Shown here: piece by piece, positions 18,128 to 26,854 of the stretch
Layout of the letters: every line of letters starts with the position of its first letter
Numbering within the stretch: the stretch's first letter is position 1
DNA from: a virus
Taxonomy: Duplodnaviria > Caudoviricetes
IMG/VR virus record: IMGVR_UViG_3300023178_000006
DNA length: 64,000 nucleotides
Reading direction: 5' to 3' (one strand)
Translations under genes and position numbers: made by a program
Notes under the pieces: model-generated
The model's input: only the letters and a program-made list of their open reading frames with translations
Told to the model about the DNA's origin: nothing
Database searches by the model: none

Positions 18128-20170
18128 ATGAAATGGTTAACAAAGTGGTGGACGGTATTATTCACCATTGCTGGTTTTTCAGCGTTACAAATATCAAACC
18201 CAAATTTTATTCAAAGTATAGAGTATTCTTATTATGACTATCTCCATTCAAAAAAGGAAAAAATTGCGTCGGAGGATATCGTCCTCGTCAACATTGACGA
18301 AAGAGCTATCAGAGCACAAGGCCAATATCCTTGGCCTAGGGGGAACATTGCTGATTTCATTAATGCTGGTCCTGCTGATTCTCTTTATGTCTTAAACATA
18401 ATATATTCTGAAGAAGATAGATTTGGTGAAGATAACGAACTTGCAGAAGCACTGGCCAATAGAGCTGTTGTATTATCATCAGCACCCACACAACAAACAT
18501 CTGGTGGAATAGGAACCTTTGTAGGTGTTGCCACTTTTGGAGAACAAGATGAAAATTGGTTGTATGAATTTCCAGGCCTTTTGTACCCTATTGAATCTCT
18601 TTCTAATTGGGTTTTTGGTGTTGGGGCCACCGTTGCTATTCCTGATGAACCAACAGGTGTCGTGCGAAGAGCACCCCTCGTTGTTAAAGCAGCCGGGAAT
18701 CCTTATCCATCTCTCGCCCTTGACACACTACGAGTGTACACCGGAGAACCAAGCTATCAAATGAAAGTAGGCACCAATGGTGTCGAATGGATTCGCATGG
18801 GTCGACAAGACCCAATCACTACAAACTCCTTCGCAGAAGTCCCTATAGCTTTCTGGAATGAATTCGAACAAGTCAGTATATTAGACCCATTACCCGAAGG
18901 TAAAGTTTTAATCTTTGGTATTACAGCTGAAGGATATGCTAATCCAGTTGCAACCCCATTGGGTGCAGTGTATCCCCACGAAGTTCAAGGTCATTTAATT
19001 CAGACCGTTCTTTCAGGAGTCGAAATACAGATTCCCGACTGGAAGCCAATAGCCGAGCTCGGTCTTCTGGTGTTATTGAGTCTAGGTATCCTTGGAGCGG
19101 TCTATATCTTGCCCATAACTCTTGGGGTGATAAAGAGTCTAATTCTGATTTGCGGTTCTTATGGAGTATCATTGTATCTCTGGAATGATGCTTTAATCTT
19201 TGTTGACGCGACCTTAAGTTCATTTGCTTCCTTAGTAGTTTTTGCCCAATCAAGTTTTAACAAGTATTTTATCACATTTTTAGAGAAACGTCAACTAGCA
19301 AAACAGTTCGCTGGTTATGCTTCTCCTACAGTCGTTCGTTTACTCCAAGAGAATCCTTCTCTCGTTAAAGAGGGAATGAAAAAAGAAATTAGTATTTGTT
19401 TTTCTGATTTAAGAGGATTTACACCACTGGGTGAAAGCTTCGGAGATGACGTACAAGGATTAACGAAGTTAATGAATGGGTATATGGATTCAATCACTGA
19501 GCCTGTCCTTAACGCTGATGGAATGATTATAAAGTATATAGGCGATGCTTCGATGCACATACACAATGCGCCTATTGACGACCCTGAACATCCTAAAACT
19601 GCAGTACAAACTGGAATCAATATGCTAAGGAGTGTAGAAAAATTCAATGAAAAGATTACAGCAGAAGGTCGACCACCAATTGGCATGGGGGCTGGGATTA
19701 ACACTGGTCTTGGTTATCTTGGTGAGATGGGTTCTACAGAACGACACAGTTATGATGTACTTGGTGACAGCGTTTCAACTGCTGCACGAATTGAGTCAAA
19801 ATGTAAAGAATATGGTTGCTTATTATTAGTTGGCGAAGAAACAGTTAAACGATGTTCTCCTAATGATTTCTTTTTCCTTAAAGTAGACGACCTTGCAGTA
19901 AAAGGAAAAACAGTAGGAATTGGAATATACACAGTATTAGACCTTGATAAGAATAAATATATTAAACCGGCCGAGATGCATGAAGCAATGCATCAGAATT
20001 ACCGTAAACAAAACTTCGATAAAGCTATTAAAATATGTAACGACCTTATGGAATGTTTTGAAGGTCAGATGGAAGGTTACTACAAGATGTGGATTGAGCG
20101 TTGCGAATATATGAAAACGCAAGATTTACCGAAGGATTGGAACGGTGTCTTTATTGCTACGACTAAATAA
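18128..20170 (+). CDS. CHASE2-domain class III adenylate cyclase
   Basis: CHASE2 motifs DIVLVNIDE, GQYPWPR and YPSLAL; three TM helices; cyclase motifs FSDLRGFT, IKYIGDA, GINTG and DVLGDSVSTAARIES. Confidence 0.93.
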   Translation: MKWLTKWWTVLFTIAGFSALQISNPNFIQSIEYSYYDYLHSKKEKIASEDIVLVNIDERAIRAQGQYPWPRGNIADFINAGPADSLYVLNIIYSEEDRFGEDNELAEALANRAVVLSSAPTQQTSGGIGTFVGVATFGEQDENWLYEFPGLLYPIESLSNWVFGVGATVAIPDEPTGVVRRAPLVVKAAGNPYPSLALDTLRVYTGEPSYQMKVGTNGVEWIRMGRQDPITTNSFAEVPIAFWNEFEQVSILDPLPEGKVLIFGITAEGYANPVATPLGAVYPHEVQGHLIQTVLSGVEIQIPDWKPIAELGLLVLLSLGILGAVYILPITLGVIKSLILICGSYGVSLYLWNDALIFVDATLSSFASLVVFAQSSFNKYFITFLEKRQLAKQFAGYASPTVVRLLQENPSLVKEGMKKEISICFSDLRGFTPLGESFGDDVQGLTKLMNGYMDSITEPVLNADGMIIKYIGDASMHIHNAPIDDPEHPKTAVQTGINMLRSVEKFNEKITAEGRPPIGMGAGINTGLGYLGEMGSTERHSYDVLGDSVSTAARIESKCKEYGCLLLVGEETVKRCSPNDFFFLKVDDLAVKGKTVGIGIYTVLDLDKNKYIKPAEMHEAMHQNYRKQNFDKAIKICNDLMECFEGQMEGYYKMWIERCEYMKTQDLPKDWNGVFIATTK

Positions 20171-20816
20171 GTTATTAATTGGAGTTCTTTTATTAGCACT
20201 TCCAGCTGAAGCTTACATACCAAAACAAAAATTTTATCCAACTTACGTTGACCCTGCAATGATTGCAAAATTCAAAGCAGGTCATACCGCACCTTATGAT
20301 GACGCATATGTTCGTCGAGTTGTTGTAGGTAAAGCTCGAATAATGGAAAACGGTGCTATTATTACTTTACCACACGGACCAGAACTTGTTCCTCCTCTAA
20401 AAGATTTAATGCATCACCCAAAGTTTAAGGAAAAGAAACCAACCCCACAATTCTCAGAAAATAGTATAAATTTAAATCTTGACATGTCCTCTCCAGAATT
20501 TTATTGGAATGAAAGAGAAAAAAGATGGATTGATTTATTCTTTTGGACCACACAGATACTCGATGTATATTCAACTTATAAAGGTATGAAGTATTCTTGT
20601 TTAACTGAAGCGAATCCTTTATTACCTGAAGTTCCAGAAGTACATGAAATGGTCGGTTTAAAGTTAGGTGTTATTGGTGGAATAAAATTTGTTTTAGATG
20701 GTGATGATACCTTTTGGTATGATTGGAAATTAGGTGCAGGCGTTTCAACTGGACTTGTTGTAGCAAATAATTTTAGATTAATTAATAAAGCCGAGAGACA
20801 GTGCGAAAAAAGATAA
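20145..20816 (+). CDS. Hypothetical protein with C-terminal membrane domain (EANP motif)
   Basis: LDVYSTYKGM...EANPLL followed by hydrophobic helices; start uncertain. Confidence 0.6.
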   Translation: MSLLLRLNKLLIGVLLLALPAEAYIPKQKFYPTYVDPAMIAKFKAGHTAPYDDAYVRRVVVGKARIMENGAIITLPHGPELVPPLKDLMHHPKFKEKKPTPQFSENSINLNLDMSSPEFYWNEREKRWIDLFFWTTQILDVYSTYKGMKYSCLTEANPLLPEVPEVHEMVGLKLGVIGGIKFVLDGDDTFWYDWKLGAGVSTGLVVANNFRLINKAERQCEKR

Positions 20817-20836
20817 GGGAGCCTTTCGACTCCCTT
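20815..20836. terminator. Hairpin between convergent transcription units
   Basis: AAGGGAG-CCTTTCGA-CTCCCTT. Confidence 0.65.
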
Positions 20837-20860
20837 GTGTTCTGTGATTGCAGATAAAGT

Positions 20861-20977
20861 TTAGACAATGGTACTTATGCTATAAACCATCATTCCTAAA
20901 AAGATTGTGGTTAATAAGCACTCAACACAAAGCTCCCCATTTACACGCAACCACACTTTTTGTGCCATTGCTTTCAT
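20861..20977 (-). CDS. 38-aa single-TM peptide
   Basis: MKAMAQKVWLRVNGELCVECLLTTIFLGMMVYSISTIV with AAGGGA ribosome-binding site. Confidence 0.6.
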   Translation of the reverse strand: MKAMAQKVWLRVNGELCVECLLTTIFLGMMVYSISTIV

Positions 20978-20987
20978 AACAGTTCCC

Positions 20988-21116
20988 TTATTTGTTGTGT
21001 TTTTGTTTTTGAACTTCAGAGAGGTAGTTAGCAACTCTGATATCCCACATTGGAGCATACTTTAAAAAAAGGTATGATATAAACAGACCGAAAGGTATAA
21101 TAAAAAATAGTTCCAT
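20988..21116 (-). CDS. 42-aa single-TM peptide (not in ORF track)
   Basis: MELFFIIPFGLFISYLFLKYAPMWDIRVANYLSEVQKQKHNK; TAATG coupling to the upstream ORF. Confidence 0.55.
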   Translation of the reverse strand: MELFFIIPFGLFISYLFLKYAPMWDIRVANYLSEVQKQKHNK

Positions 21117-21205
21117 TATCTACCCGGATGCCATGGTTGTACCCAATATTTAAAGAACGTTCTAGTCCAACCACGGGTGAAGAACCTTTTTAACGCTTTA
21201 AACAT
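21116..21205 (-). CDS. 29-aa basic aromatic peptide (not in ORF track)
   Basis: MFKALKRFFTRGWTRTFFKYWVQPWHPGR; GGAG upstream; overlaps both neighbours. Confidence 0.5.
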   Translation of the reverse strand: MFKALKRFFTRGWTRTFFKYWVQPWHPGR

Positions 21206-21287
21206 TGGGATTTACTCCCATTAATGAAATGCAAAAAATACCAACGAGAACAAACAGTTCAACTCGTTCTTGCATCTTTTCTTTCAT
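21198..21287 (-). CDS. 29-aa single-TM peptide (not in ORF track)
   Basis: MKEKMQERVELFVLVGIFCISLMGVNPNV; AAGGAG ribosome-binding site and TAATG coupling. Confidence 0.6.
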   Translation of the reverse strand: MKEKMQERVELFVLVGIFCISLMGVNPNV

Positions 21288-21541
21288 TATTCTCCTTTAG
21301 GACAATTACTTCTAAAGATATACTGAGATGCTATTCTAGCTTCCTTTTTATCTAAATAAGAATCCTTGTTCTTATCGGCTGCTTTAAATAATCCATTCTT
21401 AACGGTACATCCCGCAGCTTTGAGTTCGGCTTTGCTGATTAGTTTGTCACCATCCAAATCGAATCGTTCCATCCTCCAGTCAGCATACGCTGGAGCAGCA
21501 ATAAAGCATGCTGCTATCGCTATCATAATTTTCTTATTCAT
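21287..21541 (-). CDS. Secreted EF-hand-pair protein
   Basis: Signal peptide (AYA-D); DLDGDKLISKAEL and DKNKDSYLDKKE loops. Confidence 0.8.
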   Translation of the reverse strand: MNKKIMIAIAACFIAAPAYADWRMERFDLDGDKLISKAELKAAGCTVKNGLFKAADKNKDSYLDKKEARIASQYIFRSNCPKGE

Positions 21542-21562
21542 TATATTCCAAGGTTGTGGATG

Positions 21563-21745
21563 TTATACTATGAAGTATTGAATCAGCGCCATACTACCTA
21601 GCATAAAACCAAGTACTAATACTTGGATAATCGATGCATAAGCAACTTGTTTCATTGGGTGGATTTCAACTAATTTTTCTACGACACTCTCACCAGGTGA
21701 AAGATTCGCGATTTTTAGTGCTGTTTCTTTTTTCAATTCGAACAT
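21563..21745 (-). CDS. 60-aa protein with C-terminal TM helix
   Basis: Hydrophobic C-terminus; first gene of the micropeptide chain. Confidence 0.65.
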   Translation of the reverse strand: MFELKKETALKIANLSPGESVVEKLVEIHPMKQVAYASIIQVLVLGFMLGSMALIQYFIV

Positions 21746-21857
21746 CCGTTGTTTCTAGTACAACTTCCCCATCGTTGTACGATACTATATATACATAGAA
21801 TTTATAATATATTATAAAAATTTAAAATAATTGCAATTATTTACAGAATTGTTACAA

Positions 21858-22139
21858 TTACTCGAACAAATCAGTTTGCAATGGCTCTGGAAACTGAGTT
21901 GAATTTCGATATTCCTCATTTTCCATTTGCACTTCATAATATTTTTTCAATTCATCATATGCATTTCTGATTTGAACTGGCATTACGCCACCGCTTTGAA
22001 TTACCCACTCAATTTCGTTTGCTAACTTTCTTGAGAGTTGTAGTTCAACAGCAGTTCCTCTACTATGAGATTCTGTTGAATCAGAATCATAAAGCACTTC
22101 ATCTTCTCCGCCAAACGGGTTTGGTGCTACTTTTTTCAT
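21858..22139 (-). CDS. Hypothetical protein
   Basis: 93 aa, directly after guaC. Confidence 0.7.
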   Translation of the reverse strand: MKKVAPNPFGGEDEVLYDSDSTESHSRGTAVELQLSRKLANEIEWVIQSGGVMPVQIRNAYDELKKYYEVQMENEEYRNSTQFPEPLQTDLFE

Positions 22140-22140
22140 A

Positions 22141-23298
22141 CTATACTCCTATTGTAGATGATTCATAAACTGAGTTATGTGTTTGAGTACAACGAACAAA
22201 CGTTGCACACTTATTTAAATGTTTAAGCTTTGCGGCCCCTGCATATGTACATGCACTACGTAAGCCACCTAAAATATCATTAATAGTATTTTGTACAGCA
22301 CCTCTATAAGGAACTCTTACTGTACGACCTTCACTCGCTCTATACTCTTTTAATCCACCAAAGTGTTTATCATTAGCAGATTTAGAACTCATACCATAAA
22401 ACTCTACAAATTGTTTCTCAATACGTTTACCAATCCCCGCGGACGTAGCGGGCGCCTGCACGTTTGAAATAATAGATTCAGTAATTACATTACCACCACC
22501 TTCATCATGTCCTGCGAGCATTCCACCCAACATTACAAAATCTGCTCCTGCGGCAAATGCTTTACATACATCACCAGGATTAGTACACCCACCGTCAGCA
22601 ATGATATGTCCTCCAAGACCATGCGCCGCGTCAGCACACTCGATGACCGCAGAGAGTTGAGGGTAACCCACCCCAGTCTGAATACGAGTAGTACATACAC
22701 TCCCAGGACCAATGCCGACTTTAACGATATCTGCTCCACTTAAAATTAACTCCTCTGTCATTTCTTTTGTTACTACGTTACCAGCAATAATGACGATGTT
22801 TGGTGCCTTTTCTCTGAGGGTTGCGATGAAATCTCTAAATCTACTACTATATCCATTTGCAACATCTACACAGACATACTTAATCGACTCTCTATTGTAT
22901 GTGTAAACCTTAATGAATTTAGTTAAATCTTCATCACTAATGCCCATGCTATATGCTACAAATTCAGTACGAAGAATTTGGTCGTCATTATAGAATGCAA
23001 TCAATTCATCTTCACTATATGTTTTCACTAGAGTGGTAAACAATCCTTGTTTCGAAAGAGTGTCAGCCATTTCCATCGTTCCTACTCCGTCCATATTGGC
23101 AGCCATAATAGGAATACCATAATAGTGCGGAGTTTCTCCAGACGCGCGGATAGATTCTATCGACATTTCTGGTGGTTCATAATTACGAAAAGTAAATCCA
23201 CGATATAAATCTACTTCTTTACGACTTCCAAGTGTTGACCGTTTTGGTTGAATTAAAACATCCTTATAGTCAAGCTTTATTTCGTTATCAATTCTCAA
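22141..23298 (-). CDS. guaC: GMP reductase
   Basis: [47 protein letters not shown] and YRASEGR. Confidence 0.93.
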   Translation of the reverse strand: MRIDNEIKLDYKDVLIQPKRSTLGSRKEVDLYRGFTFRNYEPPEMSIESIRASGETPHYYGIPIMAANMDGVGTMEMADTLSKQGLFTTLVKTYSEDELIAFYNDDQILRTEFVAYSMGISDEDLTKFIKVYTYNRESIKYVCVDVANGYSSRFRDFIATLREKAPNIVIIAGNVVTKEMTEELILSGADIVKVGIGPGSVCTTRIQTGVGYPQLSAVIECADAAHGLGGHIIADGGCTNPGDVCKAFAAGADFVMLGGMLAGHDEGGGNVITESIISNVQAPATSAGIGKRIEKQFVEFYGMSSKSANDKHFGGLKEYRASEGRTVRVPYRGAVQNTINDILGGLRSACTYAGAAKLKHLNKCATFVRCTQTHNSVYESSTIGV

Positions 23299-23462
23299 CG
23301 AGACTCTCCTTAATCTCTCATAAATTCTTCAAGCAGTTCATCACCGTAGTTTTGAACAAACTCAGTTCCTTTGGCAATATACTTAATAGCATAATACCAA
23401 ACTGTCCACAATACAACAGGCACAATTACTAGTGCCACCTTTCCCCAGTACTTATAGTTCAT

Positions 23463-23669
23463 TTATGTGTTGTCTCCATCAGTGTATTTAACTTCACTCT
23501 TATCAAAAACTTTATGAAAAGTTTTATTTAAGAATCCGCCTTCTTCCCATGCGAGAGGAAGGTATTTTTTCTGTCTTTTTTCTTCGACAACATGATTAGA
23601 CATGTATGCGAAAATGAACATGAAAAACATTATTCCAATCACAAAGAGGGTTTCAAGAACTTCATACAT
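23463..23669 (-). CDS. Small membrane protein
   Basis: N-terminal TM helix; ATGA overlap with the upstream gene. Confidence 0.65.
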   Translation of the reverse strand: MYEVLETLFVIGIMFFMFIFAYMSNHVVEEKRQKKYLPLAWEEGGFLNKTFHKVFDKSEVKYTDGDNT

Positions 23670-23973
23670 TTTCAGCCTCCTTTAGATGTTTGCAAGTACC
23701 TCTGAACGTGAATCCAGGGCATGTACACTTGCCATTATTAATACTATAATAGTTTCCTTTTGAACCTTTCACTAAGATTGCAGTTGGTGCGACTGTCTCT
23801 GGTCTTTCACCAATCTTTTTAAACTTACGTCTTGTTTTTGAAAAGCCTTTAAGTGGATTTTTAAAGACTGTGTCGTTGTGCTGAACGAGTTGTCCAGCAC
23901 TATTAACATGGTATATTCCATTGGCAACTGGGGCATCACCCCAGTCAGTAATCTCCTGTAGAATCTCAATCAT
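23662..23973 (-). CDS. SWIM zinc-finger protein
   Basis: CTCPGFTFRGTCKHL. Confidence 0.8.
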   Translation of the reverse strand: MIEILQEITDWGDAPVANGIYHVNSAGQLVQHNDTVFKNPLKGFSKTRRKFKKIGERPETVAPTAILVKGSKGNYYSINNGKCTCPGFTFRGTCKHLKEAENV

Positions 23974-23982
23974 GAGAACCTC

Positions 23983-24264
23983 CTAGTCGATTAGAGTAAG
24001 AAGAGATGGAGATACTTTCCAACTACCTTTAGTTGTTTCAACAGCGATTGACTTCCTGTTGACTTTCGATACTGTACCAGTAATCACTTCGCCAGTCCTA
24101 GAGGTGAATTGAACAAGATTGCCCTTTTGAAACTGAGCAGCTTGATTTGCTGACTTCATGTTTTGAGCGTTCTTCCAGATTTGGATAAGAATTTTAGAAT
24201 CTTCAGTATCCATTTTGTTTACGATGTTAGTGAACTTCGTAATTTCAGCTTTTGTTAATGTCAT
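23983..24264 (-). CDS. Hypothetical early protein (SH3/KOW-like C-terminus)
   Basis: FQKGNLVQF...GTVSKVNRKSIAV...WKVSPSLL; promoter and ribosome-binding cassette upstream. Confidence 0.7.
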   Translation of the reverse strand: MTLTKAEITKFTNIVNKMDTEDSKILIQIWKNAQNMKSANQAAQFQKGNLVQFTSRTGEVITGTVSKVNRKSIAVETTKGSWKVSPSLLTLID

Positions 24265-24294
24265 AATTTACTCCTTTTCCCAATTAACTGTACC

Positions 24295-24323
24295 ATTATA
24301 CCAAATCAAAGTGAATTTGTCAA
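24295..24323 (-). promoter_or_regulatory. Sigma70-type early promoter
   Basis: TTGACA-N17-TATAAT, core identical to the 12159 promoter. Confidence 0.88.
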
Positions 24324-24344
24324 CTGTTTTTTTCACTTTTTTTA

Positions 24345-24452
24345 CTATTCGTCTTCTTCTTTTTGACGAATAGCTTCTACGAGGTCCATAAGAGACTGAA
24401 CTTCTTCAGCATCTCTTACGGTATCAAGTTCGATTTCTATTTTAATTTTCAT
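24345..24452 (-). CDS. 35-aa hypothetical peptide
   Basis: MKIKIEIELDTVRDAEEVQSLMDLVEAIRQKEEDE; start moved to remove overlap. Confidence 0.5.
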   Translation of the reverse strand: MKIKIEIELDTVRDAEEVQSLMDLVEAIRQKEEDE

Positions 24453-24783
24453 AGTAATAATTCCAATTCCTATGGATGTATAAATCCACTGCCCTAGCAT
24501 TAGCAATTCCACCAATGACGTCACCGCCCCAAGTGTAACCATTCAATCTGCCAGTTCTCCTATTGAGTACTTTATTGATTGGTTGTCTTGCTTTTAAATC
24601 AACTCTGTATCTAAGAGGTCTGCCTCTTTTACAAGTAGCGCCTGAAGCTTTCAAGTCTTTATTAAAGTTTTTTACTAGAGTTCTAATACTCTCAACTTCC
24701 ATCATATCACCAGCGCATTCAGTTGAGAATGTACCAACATAAGCTTCAGTTCTAGTTTTTCCTTTGTTATCAAATTTAATCAT
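24442..24783 (-). CDS. Hypothetical protein
   Basis: Start MIKFDNK with AAGGA ribosome-binding site. Confidence 0.7.
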   Translation of the reverse strand: MIKFDNKGKTRTEAYVGTFSTECAGDMMEVESIRTLVKNFNKDLKASGATCKRGRPLRYRVDLKARQPINKVLNRRTGRLNGYTWGGDVIGGIANARAVDLYIHRNWNYYYEN

Positions 24784-24820
24784 AATATTCCTTTTCCAAA
24801 AATAAAAAAATGGAAGCTGC

Positions 24821-25777
24821 TTACGCAGCCTCCGCCATTTCAACCGCAAGGTCAAGTGCATCGAGTTTTCTCTTTGCGTTAACACCATACCATGCTGAAG
24901 TAGCCCTTGCATCAGCAGTTCTACCTAATTCATGGTCAGTCATGTAAGTGACTGCGTTATAAGCATTCCACCATGAACCTGGCTTGAAGTGAGCACCTGG
25001 TTGAGTGTCTACAATTTCAAAAGCCCTTTCAGCTGTTCTACTTAAAACTTTATTGTCTTGCGAGGAAGTACCAAAAACTTTTCCAAGGAAAGTTTGGAAA
25101 GCTTCGTCTCCATATCTTTTTGAACCAAGGAACTCAGCAGCTTCTTTGAACTGTTGTACCCTTGTATGTGAAATACCAAGAAGTTCTTTAACCTTTTCAG
25201 CATCAAATTCGTTTCTGTGAGAAACTCTGATAGCAGGTTGACCTTTTTCAGTAAGTGCCATACTCAAAGTGTTGTTACATACAACCCTTGTCATAATGAA
25301 CTTAACGTCAATAGACCTTCCATAAACGTGAGGATTTGAGAAGAGAAGATAACCTTTCACTTCGTCACCGTTAAAGAGAGTGAATCCATCTTTAACATCA
25401 GCAGCGGCAAAGACGATTTGACCATCTTTTAAAGAGCCCGCAGTATCCATTACCATATCACCAGCATTTACGAACTCATTAAAGAATTCAAATGCTTGAG
25501 AGTTTTGGCAAGGATTCCACTTACCACCTACGTTTGTAAGAATTTTATTATCAGTCTTTCTTACAAGTGACTGTTGTCCAGTAGGGACGTTCTCACCATC
25601 AATATTGACGAAAGAATCTTTCAACTCAACTTCCCAATCAAGGTTAGCTGCTTTCATCATTTCGATGGGTGTCATATCATCATCAACTGGAACACCAAGG
25701 CCGTGCCAAGGTACACCTTTTGAGATTCTATAGGCCATTGAGGCTTGGCCGTTTACCATTTCTAATTCATGTGCCAT
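24821..25777 (-). CDS. DUF932-like phage/plasmid protein
   Basis: VPWHGLG...MMKAANLDWEV, TAGSLKDGQIVF, RVVCNNTL and GSWWNAYNAVTYMTDH. Confidence 0.85.
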   Translation of the reverse strand: MAHELEMVNGQASMAYRISKGVPWHGLGVPVDDDMTPIEMMKAANLDWEVELKDSFVNIDGENVPTGQQSLVRKTDNKILTNVGGKWNPCQNSQAFEFFNEFVNAGDMVMDTAGSLKDGQIVFAAADVKDGFTLFNGDEVKGYLLFSNPHVYGRSIDVKFIMTRVVCNNTLSMALTEKGQPAIRVSHRNEFDAEKVKELLGISHTRVQQFKEAAEFLGSKRYGDEAFQTFLGKVFGTSSQDNKVLSRTAERAFEIVDTQPGAHFKPGSWWNAYNAVTYMTDHELGRTADARATSAWYGVNAKRKLDALDLAVEMAEAA

Positions 25778-25820
25778 AATTTACTCCTTTCAATATGAAT
25801 TAATTTAATTTATGGGTACT

Positions 25821-25849
25821 ATTATACACCATTTCAAAGCGTTTGTCAA
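25821..25849 (-). promoter_or_regulatory. Sigma70-type early promoter
   Basis: TTGACA-N17-TATAAT. Confidence 0.85.
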
Positions 25850-26055
25850 CTGTTTTGTGCAATTAATTTCAATTTATTTTGATACTGAATCTCATAGAGG
25901 TCAACCTTGAGTTCAGAAAGCATTGCAAAAACTTCCTTACCGATTGACTCATTTCCTAGATGAGAATTAATTGCAGAACATGCTGCTTGCGCTGTTCCAA
26001 TAGAAGCGATTTTCGCTTCGATGTTTTTTACTTCAACGATTTCTTCGTTATACAT
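25846..26055 (-). CDS. Hypothetical protein
   Basis: 69 aa, operon packing. Confidence 0.65.
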   Translation of the reverse strand: MYNEEIVEVKNIEAKIASIGTAQAACSAINSHLGNESIGKEVFAMLSELKVDLYEIQYQNKLKLIAQNS

Positions 26056-26254
26056 TTTTGAACTTCTCCGTCCATGCTGTGAAAATTTCGAAAGCTTCTG
26101 CTTTCGTTAAACCAAACTCTTGTTGTAAAACTGAAGGTGCACCAAACATATTAATCGAGCCACCTTCGCGAAGAGCATCTAAAAAATCAAAATATTCTTG
26201 TAACTTCATTACTGTACCCATACGTGATTGTATTTTGAAGGATAGTTTTCGCAA
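26048..26254 (-). CDS. Small hypothetical protein
   Basis: YFDFLDALREGGSINMFGAPSVLQQEFGL; true start probably at MKLQEY. Confidence 0.7.
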   Translation of the reverse strand: MRKLSFKIQSRMGTVMKLQEYFDFLDALREGGSINMFGAPSVLQQEFGLTKAEAFEIFTAWTEKFKNV

Positions 26255-26409
26255 GTATAATCAAAACGCTCATCGTAATTAATTACCTTTACGCACTCTC
26301 CTGTCGTGTTTGAAATATGTACATCGGGCATATTTACTAAGCTAAGTGTACCCATGTAGAATCCAAAACCAAGTAGTGATGTAAAAAGAATTCCTGGAAG
26401 ATATTTCAT
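26209..26409 (-). CDS. Small membrane/secreted protein
   Basis: N-terminal hydrophobic helix and Cys pair. Confidence 0.65.
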   Translation of the reverse strand: MKYLPGILFTSLLGFGFYMGTLSLVNMPDVHISNTTGECVKVINYDERFDYTCENYPSKYNHVWVQ

Positions 26410-26762
26410 TATGCTACCTTATCAAATCCAAAGTCTGCACAGATGAAAGTCTCACCAGTGTCGTTATCGACAACTAAGTCACCAACTGATGTGCTGTGAC
26501 CTACGTTTAAAGTATGAACTAAATCTGGTTCGTCCCAGAGATTAGTGATTCTGAAAACATGTTCTAAGTCTTGAGCTTGAACTTCAAAGACTGGAGTGAA
26601 GTGCTCCAACATGTTTGATTCGAAAAGATTAGAATCCATTTGAAGGTCTAGTTTAACCTTCCACTTTGGGCATTTTTCCATAGCACCATTCCAACCTAGT
26701 TCGTTTGGAAGCTCACTTTCTGATTCAGTGAACTTGATTTGTTTAACTGTAAAATTCTTCAT
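26409..26762 (-). CDS. Hypothetical early protein
   Basis: HSTSVGDLVV...ICADFGF; cassette promoter upstream. Confidence 0.75.
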   Translation of the reverse strand: MKNFTVKQIKFTESESELPNELGWNGAMEKCPKWKVKLDLQMDSNLFESNMLEHFTPVFEVQAQDLEHVFRITNLWDEPDLVHTLNVGHSTSVGDLVVDNDTGETFICADFGFDKVA

Positions 26763-26790
26763 TTTGACTCCTTTTCCTATTTACTGTACC

Positions 26791-26849
26791 ATTATACCAA
26801 ATCAAAGCGAATTTGTCAACTGTTTTTTGCAAAAAAGTTGCACTTTTTT
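26791..26849 (-). promoter_or_regulatory. Sigma70-type promoter with A6-GTTGCAC-T6 inverted repeat
   Basis: TTGACA-N17-TATAAT; inverted repeat at 26831-26849. Confidence 0.9.
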
Positions 26850-26854
26850 CACTT

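Noticed and set aside
21801-21840. Fur or PerR box
   Set aside because: Half-site spacing (2 and 4 nt) does not fit the 7-1-7 consensus; kept only as a generic operator candidate
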